This document shows positions 1-10,390 of a stretch of 64,000 nucleotides of DNA, in pieces. The position numbers were made by a program, and so were the translations under genes. Below the pieces are notes generated by a model, which saw only the letters and a program-made list of their open reading frames with translations, made no database searches and was not told the origin of the DNA. Position 1 is the stretch's first letter; every line of letters begins with the position of its first letter. Source of the DNA: an uncultured Clostridium sp. (GTDB lineage: Bacteria > Bacillota > Clostridia > TANB77 > CAG-508); NCBI GenBank assembly GCA_946495655.1, contig CAMMDS010000002.1:28984-92983 (forward strand), read 5' to 3'.

Positions 1-5
1 ACTAT

Positions 6-779
6 ATGCATGATAAATATTCATATGAAGCATTAGAAATGGCTTTACATGATAGAGATGAAGATATTTTAAGAACTATGGCATGCGGTATAGCAGGTTT
101 ATCAGTAGCTGCAGATTCATTATCTGCAATAAAATATGCTAAGGTAAAAGTTATAAGAGATGAAACAGGTCTTGCTGTTGATTACAAAGTTGAAGGAGAT
201 TTCCCAAAATACGGAAATGATGATGATAGAGTTGACCAAATAGCTGTTGACATTGTAAAATCTTTCTTAAGAAAATTACAAAAACATCACACATATAGAG
301 GTTCAAAACATACACTATCTATTTTAACAATTACTTCAAATGTTGTTTATGGTAAAAATACTGGTAACACACCTGATGGACGTCGTAGTGGAGAACCTTT
401 TGGACCTGGTGCAAATCCACTTCATGGAAGAGATTCAAACGGAGCATTAGCTGTAATGAATACAATATCAAAACTTCCATATGAATATTCTGAAGACGGT
501 ATTTCATTTACATTCTCAATCACACCTGCTGCTCTAGGAAAAGATGAAGAAACAAAAATTAATAACTTAGTAAGTATGCTTGATGGATACTTCAAACAAA
601 CTGGCCATCATATAAATGTAAATGTATTTAATAGAGAATTATTAGAAGATGCTATGGAGCATCCTGAAAATTATCCACAACTTACAATTCGTGTATCTGG
701 ATATGCAGTTAACTTTATTAAATTAACTAGAGAGCAACAATTAGATGTAATTAATAGAACTATACATGAAAGAATATAA
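6..779 (+). CDS. pflB: Formate C-acetyltransferase (pyruvate formate-lyase), C-terminal part; the gene starts upstream of the window
   Basis: Glycyl-radical motif RVSGYAVNF near the C-terminus, typical PFL C-terminal sequence. The ORF is open at the window start. Confidence 0.9.
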   Translation: MHDKYSYEALEMALHDRDEDILRTMACGIAGLSVAADSLSAIKYAKVKVIRDETGLAVDYKVEGDFPKYGNDDDRVDQIAVDIVKSFLRKLQKHHTYRGSKHTLSILTITSNVVYGKNTGNTPDGRRSGEPFGPGANPLHGRDSNGALAVMNTISKLPYEYSEDGISFTFSITPAALGKDEETKINNLVSMLDGYFKQTGHHINVNVFNRELLEDAMEHPENYPQLTIRVSGYAVNFIKLTREQQLDVINRTIHERI

Positions 780-782
780 GCT

Positions 783-813
783 TTGAACAAAAGGGAGTGT
801 CCCTTTTGTTCAA
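783..813. terminator. Perfect palindrome TTGAACAAAAGGGAGTGTCCCTTTTGTTCAA followed by a T-run. Likely an attenuator between pflB and pflA, and a member of a dispersed hairpin family.
   Basis: Roughly 13-bp stem and T-tract directly after the pflB stop. The same sequence recurs at 13047-13077. Confidence 0.5.
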
Positions 814-828
814 GTTTTTTAATTAATA

Positions 829-1581
829 ATGGAGGGTATAATGACAGAAGAAACAAACAACAATAATAAAATAGTTGGAAGAATTCATTCTTTTGAATCA
901 TTTGGAGCAGTAGATGGACCTGGAATTAGATTTGTAGTTTTTTTTCAAGGCTGTGGCTTAAGATGCAAATACTGCCATAATCGAGACACTTGGGCAATAA
1001 ATTCAGGAATGGAATATACATCTGATGAGCTAATTGCAAAAATTTCGAGATATAAAAATTACTTTACTGTATCTGGTGGAGGAGTTACTCTTTCTGGTGG
1101 AGAACCTTTATTACAACAAGATTTTTTACTTGAACTATTGCCTAAATTAAAAAAGTCAGGTATTCATATAGCTATTGATACATCTGGAAATTTTCCTCTC
1201 ACAGACAAAATGCAAAAAATTATTGATTTAGCTGATTTATTTTTATTAGATATAAAATGTATTAATGATGACATTTGTAAAGAATTAGTAGGAGTATCTA
1301 ATAAATTAGAATTGGAATTTGCGAAGTATTTAAGTGATATCAAAAAAGATGTATGGATTAGACAAGTATTAGTACCAGGTATTACAGATCATGAAGATGA
1401 TTTATTAAAATTAAAAGATTTTCTTTCTACATTAACGAATATAAAAAAAGTAGAAATACTTGCTTATCATGATTTAGGTAGATTTAAATGGGAGAATCTA
1501 GGATGCAACTATGAACTAGAGGACGTTCCTAATGCAACTACTGAGGATGTTGCAAGAGCAAAAAAAATTTTGGGTATATAA
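829..1581 (+). CDS. pflA: Pyruvate formate-lyase activating enzyme (radical SAM)
   Basis: CxxxCxxC-type radical SAM cluster motif (GCGLRCKYCHN). Lies immediately downstream of pflB. Confidence 0.9.
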   Translation: MEGIMTEETNNNNKIVGRIHSFESFGAVDGPGIRFVVFFQGCGLRCKYCHNRDTWAINSGMEYTSDELIAKISRYKNYFTVSGGGVTLSGGEPLLQQDFLLELLPKLKKSGIHIAIDTSGNFPLTDKMQKIIDLADLFLLDIKCINDDICKELVGVSNKLELEFAKYLSDIKKDVWIRQVLVPGITDHEDDLLKLKDFLSTLTNIKKVEILAYHDLGRFKWENLGCNYELEDVPNATTEDVARAKKILGI

Positions 1582-1598
1582 TTTTAATATAAAAAAAA

Positions 1599-1642
1599 AG
1601 CATATCATTCACTTTAAATAGTAAATGATATGCTTTTTTTAT
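1599..1642. terminator. Bidirectional intrinsic terminator between convergent pflA and dnaJ
   Basis: Hairpin AAGCATATCATT...AATGATATGCTT flanked by A/T runs on both strands. Confidence 0.5.
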
Positions 1643-2808
1643 CCAAATAATCCTCTTTTCTTTACTGGTGGTTGTTCATTCATTGTCTTAGCAAGTTCCA
1701 TCATCAATTCTCTTTGTTCTTTTGTAAGTCTTTTTGGTACTTGAACCAATACTGTAAAGACAAAATTTCCTTGAGAACTATTATTTATATTTTTAAATCC
1801 TTTTCCTCTTATAGTAAACTTAGTTCCAGGTTGTGTTCCATCTGGAATTCTATATGTTTCTTTACTTCCATCAACCATTGGAATTTCTAAGTCTGCTCCA
1901 AGTGTTGCTTGAGTGAAAGTTATAGGTACTTCACAAAGCACATCTTGGCCTTTTCTTGTAAAAATATTGTGTCTTTTTACATGAATTGTTATGTATAAAT
2001 CTCCTTTAGCTCCGCCTTTTTCACCTGGTTCTCCTTCTCCGCGAAGTACTATCGTTTGATTTTCATCTATGCCAGCAGGTATTTTAACCGTTACTTTTAC
2101 TTGTTTTCTAACAGTACCCTTTCCTCTACATTCTGGACAAGGCTCTGGAATAATTTCACCAGTTCCATTACAATTTGTACATGGTCTTACTGTTTGCATT
2201 TGTCCAAATATAGTTGTTTGAGTTTGTTTAATCTGGCCTGTTCCATGACACATACTACATGTTTGTTTTTTAGTACCAGGCTTAGCGCCTTCTCCGTGGC
2301 ACATACCACATGTTTCATTTCTAGTTAAATTAATTTCTTTTTGTGTTCCTGAAAATGACTCTTCAAAGGTTATATCTAAATTGTATCTTAAATCAGCTCC
2401 TTGTTTTGGTCCATTATTAGTTCTAGACGAACTTCTTCCTCCAAATCCTCCACCAAAGAAAGATGAGAATATATCTCCTAAATCTCCAAAATCTCCAAAG
2501 CCATCAAATCCCCCTGAAGTTGAATATGAATAATATCCATTTCTACCACCAAAAGGTCCTCCTGCTCCCCCAAATCCTTGGCTTGGATCTGCAGTTCCAA
2601 ACTGATCATACATTTTTCTTTTTTCTGGGTTTGACAAAACTTCATATGCTTCATTTACTTCTTTAAATTTAGCTTCTGCTTCTTTTTTATTATCAGGATT
2701 AGCATCTGGATGATATTTTTTAGCAAGCTTTCTATATGCTTTTTTTAATTCATCATCACTTGCATTTTTGTCTACTCCTAACACTTCATAATAATCCTTA
2801 TTTGCCAT
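1639..2808 (-). CDS. dnaJ: Chaperone DnaJ
   Basis: J-domain with HPD, Gly/Phe-rich linker, four CxxCxGxG zinc-finger repeats. Confidence 0.95.
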   Translation of the reverse strand: MANKDYYEVLGVDKNASDDELKKAYRKLAKKYHPDANPDNKKEAEAKFKEVNEAYEVLSNPEKRKMYDQFGTADPSQGFGGAGGPFGGRNGYYSYSTSGGFDGFGDFGDLGDIFSSFFGGGFGGRSSSRTNNGPKQGADLRYNLDITFEESFSGTQKEINLTRNETCGMCHGEGAKPGTKKQTCSMCHGTGQIKQTQTTIFGQMQTVRPCTNCNGTGEIIPEPCPECRGKGTVRKQVKVTVKIPAGIDENQTIVLRGEGEPGEKGGAKGDLYITIHVKRHNIFTRKGQDVLCEVPITFTQATLGADLEIPMVDGSKETYRIPDGTQPGTKFTIRGKGFKNINNSSQGNFVFTVLVQVPKRLTKEQRELMMELAKTMNEQPPVKKRGLFG

Positions 2809-2875
2809 TTACTTCTCTCCTTAAAAAGTCTTTCTTAAATCATAATGTTTGAGGTTGGAGTTTTCCAACCTCTTT

Positions 2876-3058
2876 TGTTGTACGTTGATTAAATTTTTAA
2901 TTTACAACATGAAGTCAAAATATACTCTTTCTAGCTAGTTGTGAAAAGAATTGTGTTTTGGCTAGGCGCATGAGTTTTAAATTCATGAGGCGTACTCATT
3001 GTACGTTGATTGGATTTAAAACGAAATGCAACAACGCCAAAGCCAATTATCTTCACAA
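2876..3058. repeat. Intergenic repeat family A (dnaJ-dnaK spacer), about 1.5 copies. Core GTACGTTGATTAAATTTTTAATT ... CAACAACGCCAAA.CAATTATCTTCA
   Basis: Roughly 80% identity over about 118 nt to 5068-5190. The GTACGTTGATT motif is present twice. Confidence 0.5.
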
Positions 3059-4969
<1,911 letters not shown>

Positions 4970-5067
4970 CTATATTTTATATTTAAAATTAAAAATCTAT
5001 ATACATATATAAGCAACATCTCGCCCCATTTTACTTATATAAAATTAATAACAAATTTTTCTTTTCT

Positions 5068-5190
5068 ATAGAATTGAAAAGAATTGTATTTGGGCTAGGA
5101 ACAAGAATTAAAAATTTATGAGACGTACTTTGTGTACGTTGATTAAATTTTTAATTCGCAGTAACAACGCCAAAATCAATTATCTTCAAT
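5068..5190. repeat. Intergenic repeat family A (dnaK-grpE spacer)
   Basis: Aligns with 2941-3058 (GAAAAGAATTGT.TTTGGGCTAGG ... GTACGTTGATT ... CAACAACGCCAAA). Confidence 0.5.
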
Positions 5191-5191
5191 T

Positions 5192-5710
5192 CTAGTTAGC
5201 TACGATAACCATAGAATGACGTATTACCTTATTTCCAATCATGTATCCTTTTCTATATTCTTGTACTATTTCTTTTTCTCCTTTTGTTTCATCTTGTACA
5301 CTACTTACTGCTTCATGAAGTTCTGGATCAAATGTTTTTCCTACTGTTTCTATTTCTGTTACTCCTCTTGCTGCTAGTACATCTTTAAATTGTTTTAGTA
5401 CAAGTTCTATTCCTTTTTTATACTCTTCATCTTTTGTAGTAGCATCTGCTGCTTTTTCTAAATTATCTATTACAGGTAAAAAGTTTGAAACTATATCTGC
5501 TACTAGAGAATTATACATTCCATCTCTTTCTTTTGCACTTCTTTTTTTATAGTTGTCAAATTCTGCAGCAACTCTTTTTAATCTGTCTTCTGTTTCATCT
5601 ATTTGAACTTTTTGCACTTCAATTTGTTTTTTTAATTCAATAATTTCATCTACGTTTTTATTATTATCCTTTTTCTCTGTATCTTGAATCTCATTTTCTT
5701 GTTTATCCAT
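5192..5710 (-). CDS. grpE: Nucleotide exchange factor GrpE
   Basis: GrpE-like coiled-coil plus C-terminal domain. Position in the hrcA-grpE-dnaK-dnaJ operon. Confidence 0.9.
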   Translation of the reverse strand: MDKQENEIQDTEKKDNNKNVDEIIELKKQIEVQKVQIDETEDRLKRVAAEFDNYKKRSAKERDGMYNSLVADIVSNFLPVIDNLEKAADATTKDEEYKKGIELVLKQFKDVLAARGVTEIETVGKTFDPELHEAVSSVQDETKGEKEIVQEYRKGYMIGNKVIRHSMVIVAN

Positions 5711-5738
5711 TACCGATTAAACCTTCCTTTCAGTTTTT

Positions 5739-5769
5739 GATAAATTAGGGACAGACCCCAATTTCTCAT
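5739..5769. repeat. Palindromic repeat family B (GAGAAATTGGGGACAGACCCCAATTTCTC type)
   Basis: 12-bp stem with 5-nt loop. Near-identical copies at 28346-28374 and 57808-57836, and a degenerate copy at 62040-62098. Confidence 0.6.
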
Positions 5770-6788
5770 TCTCCATTTAATTTTTTACTAATATATTTCA
5801 TTACAGAAATAACTTTTGAATAATCCATTCTTGTTGGACCAATAATTCCTATAGTTCCTAAATCTTTATTTTTATATTTATGTTTAAATGTTACTATACT
5901 AAAATCCTTTAGTTTTTCATTTCCATTTTCACTACCTATATAAACATTTATGTCTTTCGCAAAACCTGTATTTAAAAGATCTGCTACAATTTCTTTTTGG
6001 TCTAAAACATTTATAAAATTCTTGGCTACTTCCAAACTCTTAAATTCTGGTAAATCAAACGCTTTATTAGCACCTTCCATATATATTTCTTCTTCTTCGT
6101 TTATTACTTTATTTAACTGTTCCATTATAGGTTTTATTACTTCTAAGCTATAATTCATATGAGAAAAAATATATTCCTCTAAAGGTTTATCTATTGAATC
6201 TAAAGGCTTACCTTTTAATTTATTATTAAATATAAAGTTTAAGGTTTCAACTTGTTCTTCTGTGATATCTTGATTGAATTTTATAATAGTTTCCTTAATA
6301 ATGCCACTATCAGTAAGAATAACGGCCATTAGCATTCTAGTTCCTAAGAGCACAAATTTAATCTCTTGTATGTTTTGTATATGTGTCCTTGGCCCTATTG
6401 CAACAGTAGTATAATGAGTTACCTCTGAAATTGTGCTTGTAGTTATTTTTGTTAAATCTTCTATTTCATTTACTTTTGCATTAAGTTTTGATTGTATATA
6501 CTTAATTTCTGCTAGACTTATGTTTTTATCATTTAATAACTCATCTACATATAATCTATATCCTCTTGCGGATGGAACTCTTCCGCTAGATGTATGTGGT
6601 TTTTCAATATATCCTACTTTTTCTAAATCTGCCATTTCGTTTCTTATAGTTGCACTACTTAAATCCAATCCATATCTATTTACTATACTTCCTGAGCTTA
6701 CTGGCTCTGCTGTGTTTATATATTCTTCAATTATTGCTTGTAATATTCTCTTTTTCCTTTTATCCACTTCTACACCTTCTTTTAGCAA
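5766..6788 (-). CDS. hrcA: Heat-inducible transcription repressor HrcA
   Basis: HrcA family length and sequence. First gene of the class I heat-shock operon. Confidence 0.9.
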   Translation of the reverse strand: MLKEGVEVDKRKKRILQAIIEEYINTAEPVSSGSIVNRYGLDLSSATIRNEMADLEKVGYIEKPHTSSGRVPSARGYRLYVDELLNDKNISLAEIKYIQSKLNAKVNEIEDLTKITTSTISEVTHYTTVAIGPRTHIQNIQEIKFVLLGTRMLMAVILTDSGIIKETIIKFNQDITEEQVETLNFIFNNKLKGKPLDSIDKPLEEYIFSHMNYSLEVIKPIMEQLNKVINEEEEIYMEGANKAFDLPEFKSLEVAKNFINVLDQKEIVADLLNTGFAKDINVYIGSENGNEKLKDFSIVTFKHKYKNKDLGTIGIIGPTRMDYSKVISVMKYISKKLNGE

Positions 6789-6808
6789 TTAATAAAGATG
6801 ACTGCTAA
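6782..6808 (-). promoter_or_regulatory. CIRCE-like operator 2 (TTAGCA-N15-TGCTAA), downstream of the putative hrcA -10
   Basis: Minus strand reads TTAGCAGTC-ATCTTTATT-AATTGCTAA. It matches the outer hexamers of CIRCE TTAGCACTC-N9-GAGTGCTAA, but the inner triplets are degenerate. Confidence 0.5.
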
Positions 6809-6832
6809 ACTTCATATATATTATACCCATTT

Positions 6833-6859
6833 TTAGCAATTGTCAATACTCATTGCTAA
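6833..6859 (-). promoter_or_regulatory. CIRCE-like operator 1 overlapping the putative hrcA -35 (TTGACA)
   Basis: Minus strand reads TTAGCAATG-AGTATTGAC-AATTGCTAA, then 15 nt further the -10 TATAAT. Confidence 0.55.
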
Positions 6860-6922
6860 TTTTAATTGTGAATTTTATGTGAAAAGCTGTAAAACTTTTT
6901 TTACTTTTTTATTAAAAACTAT

Positions 6923-6951
6923 TGACATATTAATCAAAATGATTTATACTT
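6923..6951 (+). promoter_or_regulatory. Sigma-A type promoter for the tRNA genes (TTGACA-17-TATACT)
   Basis: Consensus -35, 17-nt spacer and near-consensus -10, about 15 nt upstream of tRNA-Met. Confidence 0.5.
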
Positions 6952-6968
6952 TAAATTGCGTTTGAGAT

Positions 6969-7045
6969 GCGCCCTTAGCTCAGTTGGTTAGAGCAACCGG
7001 CTCATAACCGGTAGGTCCAAGGTTCGAATCCTTGAGGGCGCACCA
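6969..7045 (+). tRNA. tRNA with CAU anticodon (Met; possibly tRNA-Ile2/lysidine)
   Basis: Cloverleaf GCGCCCT...AGGGCGCA acceptor, GGCTCATAACC anticodon arm, GGTTCGAATCC T-arm, CCA encoded. Confidence 0.9.
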
Positions 7046-7098
7046 TTTTTATTAAAAAGATTAGTATTATGCTATTCTTATTAATAAAATTATATTTT

Positions 7099-7410
7099 GG
7101 GTAGGTGGCCGAGTGGCTAAAGGCGGCAGACTGTGGTCTTTGGTTAATCAAAACCTAAACTTGCAGCTCATATAAGTAATTATATGATGAACACCGGGCT
7201 AATTCGGGGAACTCTTAACAGGTTAAGCTGATGACAATCCCGAGCTAGAAAAGAATTTTTCGAGTGTAGAGACTTTATACCTGGTATCTTTAAAAAGATA
7301 AAGAGAAAGTCCAGACTACAAACATATTATTCATATGGTAGTGAAAACTATAGTAGTAAGAAATCTGTTCTCATTTGAGTACGATGGTTCGAATCCATCC
7401 CTGCCCACCA
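7099..7410 (+). tRNA. tRNA-Tyr (GUA), a type II tRNA interrupted by a group I intron in the anticodon loop. The two exons join into an 86-nt tRNA.
   Basis: 5' exon GGGTAGGTGGCCGAGTGGCTAAAGGCGGCAGACTGT. 3' exon AAATCTGTTCTCATTTGAGTACGATGGTTCGAATCCATCCCTGCCCACCA. Joined anticodon loop CTGTAAA. Strong similarity to bacterial tRNA-Tyr (GCAGACTGTAAATCTGC). Confidence 0.85.
7135..7370 (+). ncRNA. Group I intron (236 nt, no ORF) inserted after U35 of tRNA-Tyr
   Basis: 5' exon ends in U and the intron ends in G. Recognisable P, Q, R and S core elements: AATTCGGGGAA, AATCCCGAGC, GTGTAGAGACT (identical to the Azoarcus tRNA-Ile intron R element) and AAGTCCAGACTA. Confidence 0.8.
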
Positions 7411-7459
7411 ATAAAACAAGTTAAAACTTGTTTTATTTTTAGTATTTCTTTGCAAACAT

Positions 7460-7870
7460 TTGTTTATGGAGGCGTGTCTGTTGAATTTTTTTACTAATAA
7501 AGAAAAAGGTAACACCGGACTAGGTATTGCAATTGCATACTTTTCCTCTCATGGTTATATAGTTTCTATTCCGTTAAACGATACTCAAGATTACGATTTA
7601 GTTATTGATAAAAATCACACAATAAAAAAAGTGCAAGTCAAATCAACATCTTGTAAAACGCAATATGATATATATCAAGTTTCTCTAAAAAGTTGTGGTG
7701 GCACTAAAGGAAAAACATATAAAACATTAATAGATACTAATGTAGACATATTATTTATTGTTACGGATAAGTTGGATACTTATTTAATTCCTATAGAGTT
7801 TATAAAAAATAAATCAAGTTTAAATTTATGCAAAAAATACATTAATTTTAAAGTATCAATAAATGATTAA
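7460..7870 (+). CDS. Hypothetical small protein; possible PD-(D/E)xK / Hjc-like nuclease fold (candidate free-standing homing-endonuclease-like gene next to the intron-containing tRNA)
   Basis: 136-aa ORF 50 nt downstream of tRNA-Tyr. Pattern G..G..IA.A....GY.V..P..D...YDLVID......KVQVKS resembles restriction-endonuclease-like cores. No similarity verified. Confidence 0.45.
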   Translation: MFMEACLLNFFTNKEKGNTGLGIAIAYFSSHGYIVSIPLNDTQDYDLVIDKNHTIKKVQVKSTSCKTQYDIYQVSLKSCGGTKGKTYKTLIDTNVDILFIVTDKLDTYLIPIEFIKNKSSLNLCKKYINFKVSIND

Positions 7871-7966
7871 AAGATTTATTACTGAATAATATTTAAATAA
7901 TATGGCAATTATCTGATTTATGATATAATGAATTTAAACAGTACAAATAAATTCTTAGGAGGTCTT

Positions 7967-8824
7967 ATGGAAGAAATTATAAAAATATTAATTTTATCAC
8001 TGCTTTTTCTTTTAATTGTGATAATTATATATTTATATTTTGAAAATAACTATATAAAGATTACCAACATAGATATTGTAGATTCAAAAATTCCAAGTGA
8101 ATTTAAAGATTTTACTATTGTACATATTTCAGATTTGCATAATAAACAATTTGGTAAAAATCAAAAAAATATAATAAGCAAAATAAATAAAATTTCACCA
8201 GATATAATCGTAATCACCGGAGATTTAATAAGTTCTTATTCTACCAACCTAGATATAGCAATAGACTTTATAAATAATGCAATTAAAGTTGCTCCTATTT
8301 ATTATGTTAATGGTAATCACGAATCTAGATTACCTGAGGATTACAATTCATTAAAATCTCAAATGAAATCTGCTGGTGTTAATATATTGGAAAATAGCTA
8401 TTCATCAATCTCTAAAGAAAATAGTAAAATCAATATAATAGGAATTAACGATCCTAGTTTTGATGCTTTACAATTATATGGATATACTGACCAACAAATA
8501 ATTTCAAAAGATTTAGAAAAGTTAACTAATAATTCAGATGAATACACAATTCTTCTTTCACATAGACCTGAGCTTTTTGATACTTATTGTTCTTACAATA
8601 TAAATTTAGTATTTGCTGGACATGCTCATGGTGGTCAAATTAGACTACCCTTTATAGGTGGAGTAATTGCTCCAAATCAAGGATTTTTTCCTCAATATAC
8701 TTCAGGATTATATCAAAAAGGAAATACTAATATGATTGTTAGTAGAGGTCTTGGGAATAGTGCATTTCCATTTAGAATCAATAATAGACCTGAAATAGTA
8801 GTTGTAAAACTTTCTAATAATTAA
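7967..8824 (+). CDS. Membrane-anchored metallophosphoesterase (calcineurin-like)
   Basis: Motifs HISDLH, ITGDL, GNHE, GHAHGG. N-terminal TM helix. Start chosen after AGGAGG (longer ORF from 7928). Confidence 0.8.
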   Translation: MEEIIKILILSLLFLLIVIIIYLYFENNYIKITNIDIVDSKIPSEFKDFTIVHISDLHNKQFGKNQKNIISKINKISPDIIVITGDLISSYSTNLDIAIDFINNAIKVAPIYYVNGNHESRLPEDYNSLKSQMKSAGVNILENSYSSISKENSKINIIGINDPSFDALQLYGYTDQQIISKDLEKLTNNSDEYTILLSHRPELFDTYCSYNINLVFAGHAHGGQIRLPFIGGVIAPNQGFFPQYTSGLYQKGNTNMIVSRGLGNSAFPFRINNRPEIVVVKLSNN

Positions 8825-8964
8825 TATAATGTTATTTACAAAAACAATTTTTGAATTGATGTTTTTTCAATTTTTAAATTGTTTTTTATTTTTTTATAAT
8901 TTTGAATATTTTATCTTTTTTCGCTTATACTATTACTAATAGTATAATGAAAGGACTGAATATT

Positions 8965-9159
8965 ATGAAAATTATTGATAAAATAGCTCTTGCTTTAGTA
9001 ATAATTGGTGCAATTAATTGGGGATTAGTAGGAATATTTAATTTCAATTTAGTAGATGCTATATTTGGAGCTATGTCTATTATTAGTAGAATAATATATA
9101 TATTAGTTGGTATTTCAGGTTTATGGTCAATTAGATTACTATTTGTAGATTACGACTAA
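8965..9159 (+). CDS. DUF378-family small membrane protein
   Basis: ALVIIGAINWGLVG...LVGISGL pattern typical of DUF378. Start at MKIIDK with AAGGA RBS (ORF track starts at 8902). Confidence 0.65.
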   Translation: MKIIDKIALALVIIGAINWGLVGIFNFNLVDAIFGAMSIISRIIYILVGISGLWSIRLLFVDYD

Positions 9160-9164
9160 ATTCC

Positions 9165-9207
9165 ACAAAAAAGACAGTTTAGCTTTAAACTGTCTTTACT
9201 TATTTTT
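9165..9207. terminator. Bidirectional terminator hairpin (AAAGACAGTTTAGCTTTAAACTGTCTTT)
   Basis: Perfect inverted repeat with flanking A/T runs between convergent genes. Confidence 0.5.
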
Positions 9208-9212
9208 CTATA

Positions 9213-10085
9213 TTATTCTTCTCCTCTACCTTCTGGTAAAGCATTTGGAACTTCTACAACAACCTTAATTTTCATTATATATGAAATAGCTCTTACAAAT
9301 TTACTATTTTTAATACGTTGCCATAATGATGGTTTTACATCTACTCTTGTCTGCTCCATATACTCTTTATTTTCTGATGTCTCTTCTACTGGCTGTGGTT
9401 GTTCTACTACATTTTCTTCTATAGTAGTTTCCATTGGTTCTTCTGGAGTAGGGATTAATTTTAATGCATCTGCAACTTCAATTCCAATATAGCTTAATGC
9501 TTTTGATCTATCTTCTATTCTTTCCATATCTATCTCGATATGTAAGTTTGTTTCTAAGTTGCCTATTCTTGCATTAATAAGTTTTACTGCATCTTGATAA
9601 TTTTGTGATGTAGTTCCTTTTGATCTTCCTATTACTCCTAAAGTTTCTATTATATCTTCAGAGAAATCATTAGATATTGCTTTAATTGTTTCTTTCCAAT
9701 CTTCTGATTTATTTTCTACTGCATCTAAAGCATCTTTTAAACTAGCTGCTAGTGATATATTTTTTTCTCTTTGTCTTATTAAATCTTCTATTTTCTTTGT
9801 ATTCTCTTCAAATTGATTTGTTGCATATTCAACTAATCCATAAGCTGCTTTATATACACTTATTGGAAAATTCTTTTTCTTAGGATATTCAATTAAATAT
9901 GTTTTAACTGATTCTATTAAATCTTTAAAATATGCATCGTCTTCTAATTGAATTATTTGTTTTTTACTATTTGGATTTATTAATTTTTGTACTTTATCAA
10001 TATTTGATAAAATCTTTTCTTCCGTGATTACCATTCTCACGTTTACTATGCCAGATCTAGACATTGTAAACCTTCCCTCCTTCAT
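9213..10085 (-). CDS. Hypothetical protein (290 aa, acidic, coiled-coil-like)
   Basis: Long ORF with RBS. No recognisable family from the sequence alone. Confidence 0.5.
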   Translation of the reverse strand: MKEGRFTMSRSGIVNVRMVITEEKILSNIDKVQKLINPNSKKQIIQLEDDAYFKDLIESVKTYLIEYPKKKNFPISVYKAAYGLVEYATNQFEENTKKIEDLIRQREKNISLAASLKDALDAVENKSEDWKETIKAISNDFSEDIIETLGVIGRSKGTTSQNYQDAVKLINARIGNLETNLHIEIDMERIEDRSKALSYIGIEVADALKLIPTPEEPMETTIEENVVEQPQPVEETSENKEYMEQTRVDVKPSLWQRIKNSKFVRAISYIMKIKVVVEVPNALPEGRGEE

Positions 10086-10390
10086 CCTATGTAATGCTTA
10101 TTTCCGTAAGTATTTTTCTACTTTATAGGACCATTGTTTTCTAAATTTCATTATAATTTTATTACAAGTTTTCTATTAAGTCAAGAGTTTTTTTGTAATT
10201 ATTTGTCTTTTTTTCTTACGGAAATATACAACTCAAGAAAAACATTTTTTATTTATTCTTGAGTCGCAATTTCACTTTTATATAAAACATATTATATAAT
10301 TTTTAACTTAAATGAACACTCACCTTCAAAAGCTACTGAAGAAATATATAACATATATTATACAATTTTTAACTAACGCTTATATAACTT

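Noticed and set aside
671-901. Short ORFs antisense to or overlapping well-supported genes (for example 671..901, 1672..1890, 2056..2328, 2463..2666, 3010..3264, 3514..3735, 4008..4301, 5950..6153, 6433..6792, 12337..12546, 13384..13614, 15326..15658, 21139..22038, 22499..22690, 25703..25891, 27356..27580, 30601..30807, 34421..34942, 35368..36590, 36647..36940, 38521..39026, 45452..45670, 46370..46597, 47425..47625, 48985..49539, 53310..55172, 56313..57195, 58182..58424, 62079..62369, 62829..63032)
   Set aside because: Low-complexity, Phe/Leu/Ile-rich translations typical of the antisense strand of AT-rich genes. They have no RBS, are fully embedded in convincing CDSs on the other strand, and show no family resemblance.
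7099-7410. tRNA-like 5' and 3' ends separated by about 240 nt, considered as tmRNA (ssrA)
   Set aside because: There is no tmRNA-like 5' GGGG start and no tag reading frame or pseudoknots. The ends reconstitute a perfect tRNA-Tyr and the insert has group I intron core elements.
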